Shown: piece after piece, positions 63,451 through 64,000 of the stretch | Numbering within the stretch: the stretch's first letter is position 1 | Layout of the letters: each line of letters begins with the position of its first letter | Source: Vicugna vicugna | Lineage: Eukaryota | DNA: 64,000 nucleotides | Assembly (NCBI GenBank): GCA_013265495.1 | Contig: MU058009.1 | Coordinates: 3,055,780-3,119,779 of the forward strand | Direction of reading: 5' to 3' | Translations under genes and position numbers: made by a program | The notes under the pieces: model-generated | What the model was told of the DNA's origin: nothing | Seen by the model: only the letters and a program-made list of their open reading frames with translations | The model's database searches: none

Positions 63451-64000
63451 GCCCCCTGCTACACTGCCTCCTGGACCGCAGCTGAAGGCGGCCATCCGAG
63501 CGTCGTTGCTCTGCACTGGGGTGGGGAAAGCCTCAGCATCAGGCCCCCCGGCGTTGGGCTTGGGCCCCAGATCCAGGTGCTAACGGGGAGCCTGCGTGAA
63601 TGACCGTGGCTGACGACGGCTGTGATTCCTATGGCGTCCACACGGGTCTCTGAGAGCAATGCCTGCCTCATAGGGCCTTGTGATTGAGAAAATGTTTACA
63701 AAGTGCCTGACAAAGGCTAAGTGCCAATAAAATCATGGTTATTACGTTTTATTTTTTTTCCACTTATGAAAGTAAGTGCTGGAGATTTTCAAGCTGTTTC
63801 ACGTTGACAGTTTCAACCATTTTTCTTCCCTTTAATTCTTCATCAAATCATTTCTGTTCAAGATGGAAATCTGTCTTTTGCATTACTTAGGGCTCCGTTT
63901 ACTGAGTTCTTTTTTCCCAGGAAAGTCGTGTTCTTTACACATGAGCACAGTCATTTCTACAAGGGCAGTTCCCTTCTGAGTACTTTTGGGGGTAAAAATG

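Noticed and set aside
1..64000. CRISPR array, operon or prokaryotic defence system
   Set aside because: No regularly spaced repeats and no gene-dense coding. The sequence is mammalian repeat-rich DNA.

Overview
Mammalian genomic DNA, not prokaryotic. It is probably camelid, inferred from two tRNA-Ala-derived Vic-1-like SINEs and camelid/artiodactyl-type L1 3' ends. Most of the window looks intronic or intergenic, with many old interspersed repeats: L1/HAL1, L2, CR1/L3, MIR, MLT1 and MER41-like LTRs, and hAT MER elements. Repeat families were recognised from memory of consensus sequences, so subfamily names and boundaries are approximate. There is no complete gene, operon or CRISPR array, and almost all ORF-track ORFs are chance or L1 remnants. 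Several + strand splice signals suggest the 5' part of a large host gene that I could not name: candidate first exons near 3.5, 27.8 and 45.1 kb and a 72-nt internal exon at 62.65 kb. The most notable patterns are (1) two near-identical ATG+donor mini-exons 24 kb apart, (2) four RFX X-box-like motifs, one in a CpG-rich promoter-like patch, (3) short CpG-rich patches inside otherwise AT-rich old repeats that resemble GC-biased gene conversion scars, and (4) two L1 insertions with unusual junctions. I cannot support a novel multi-gene system.
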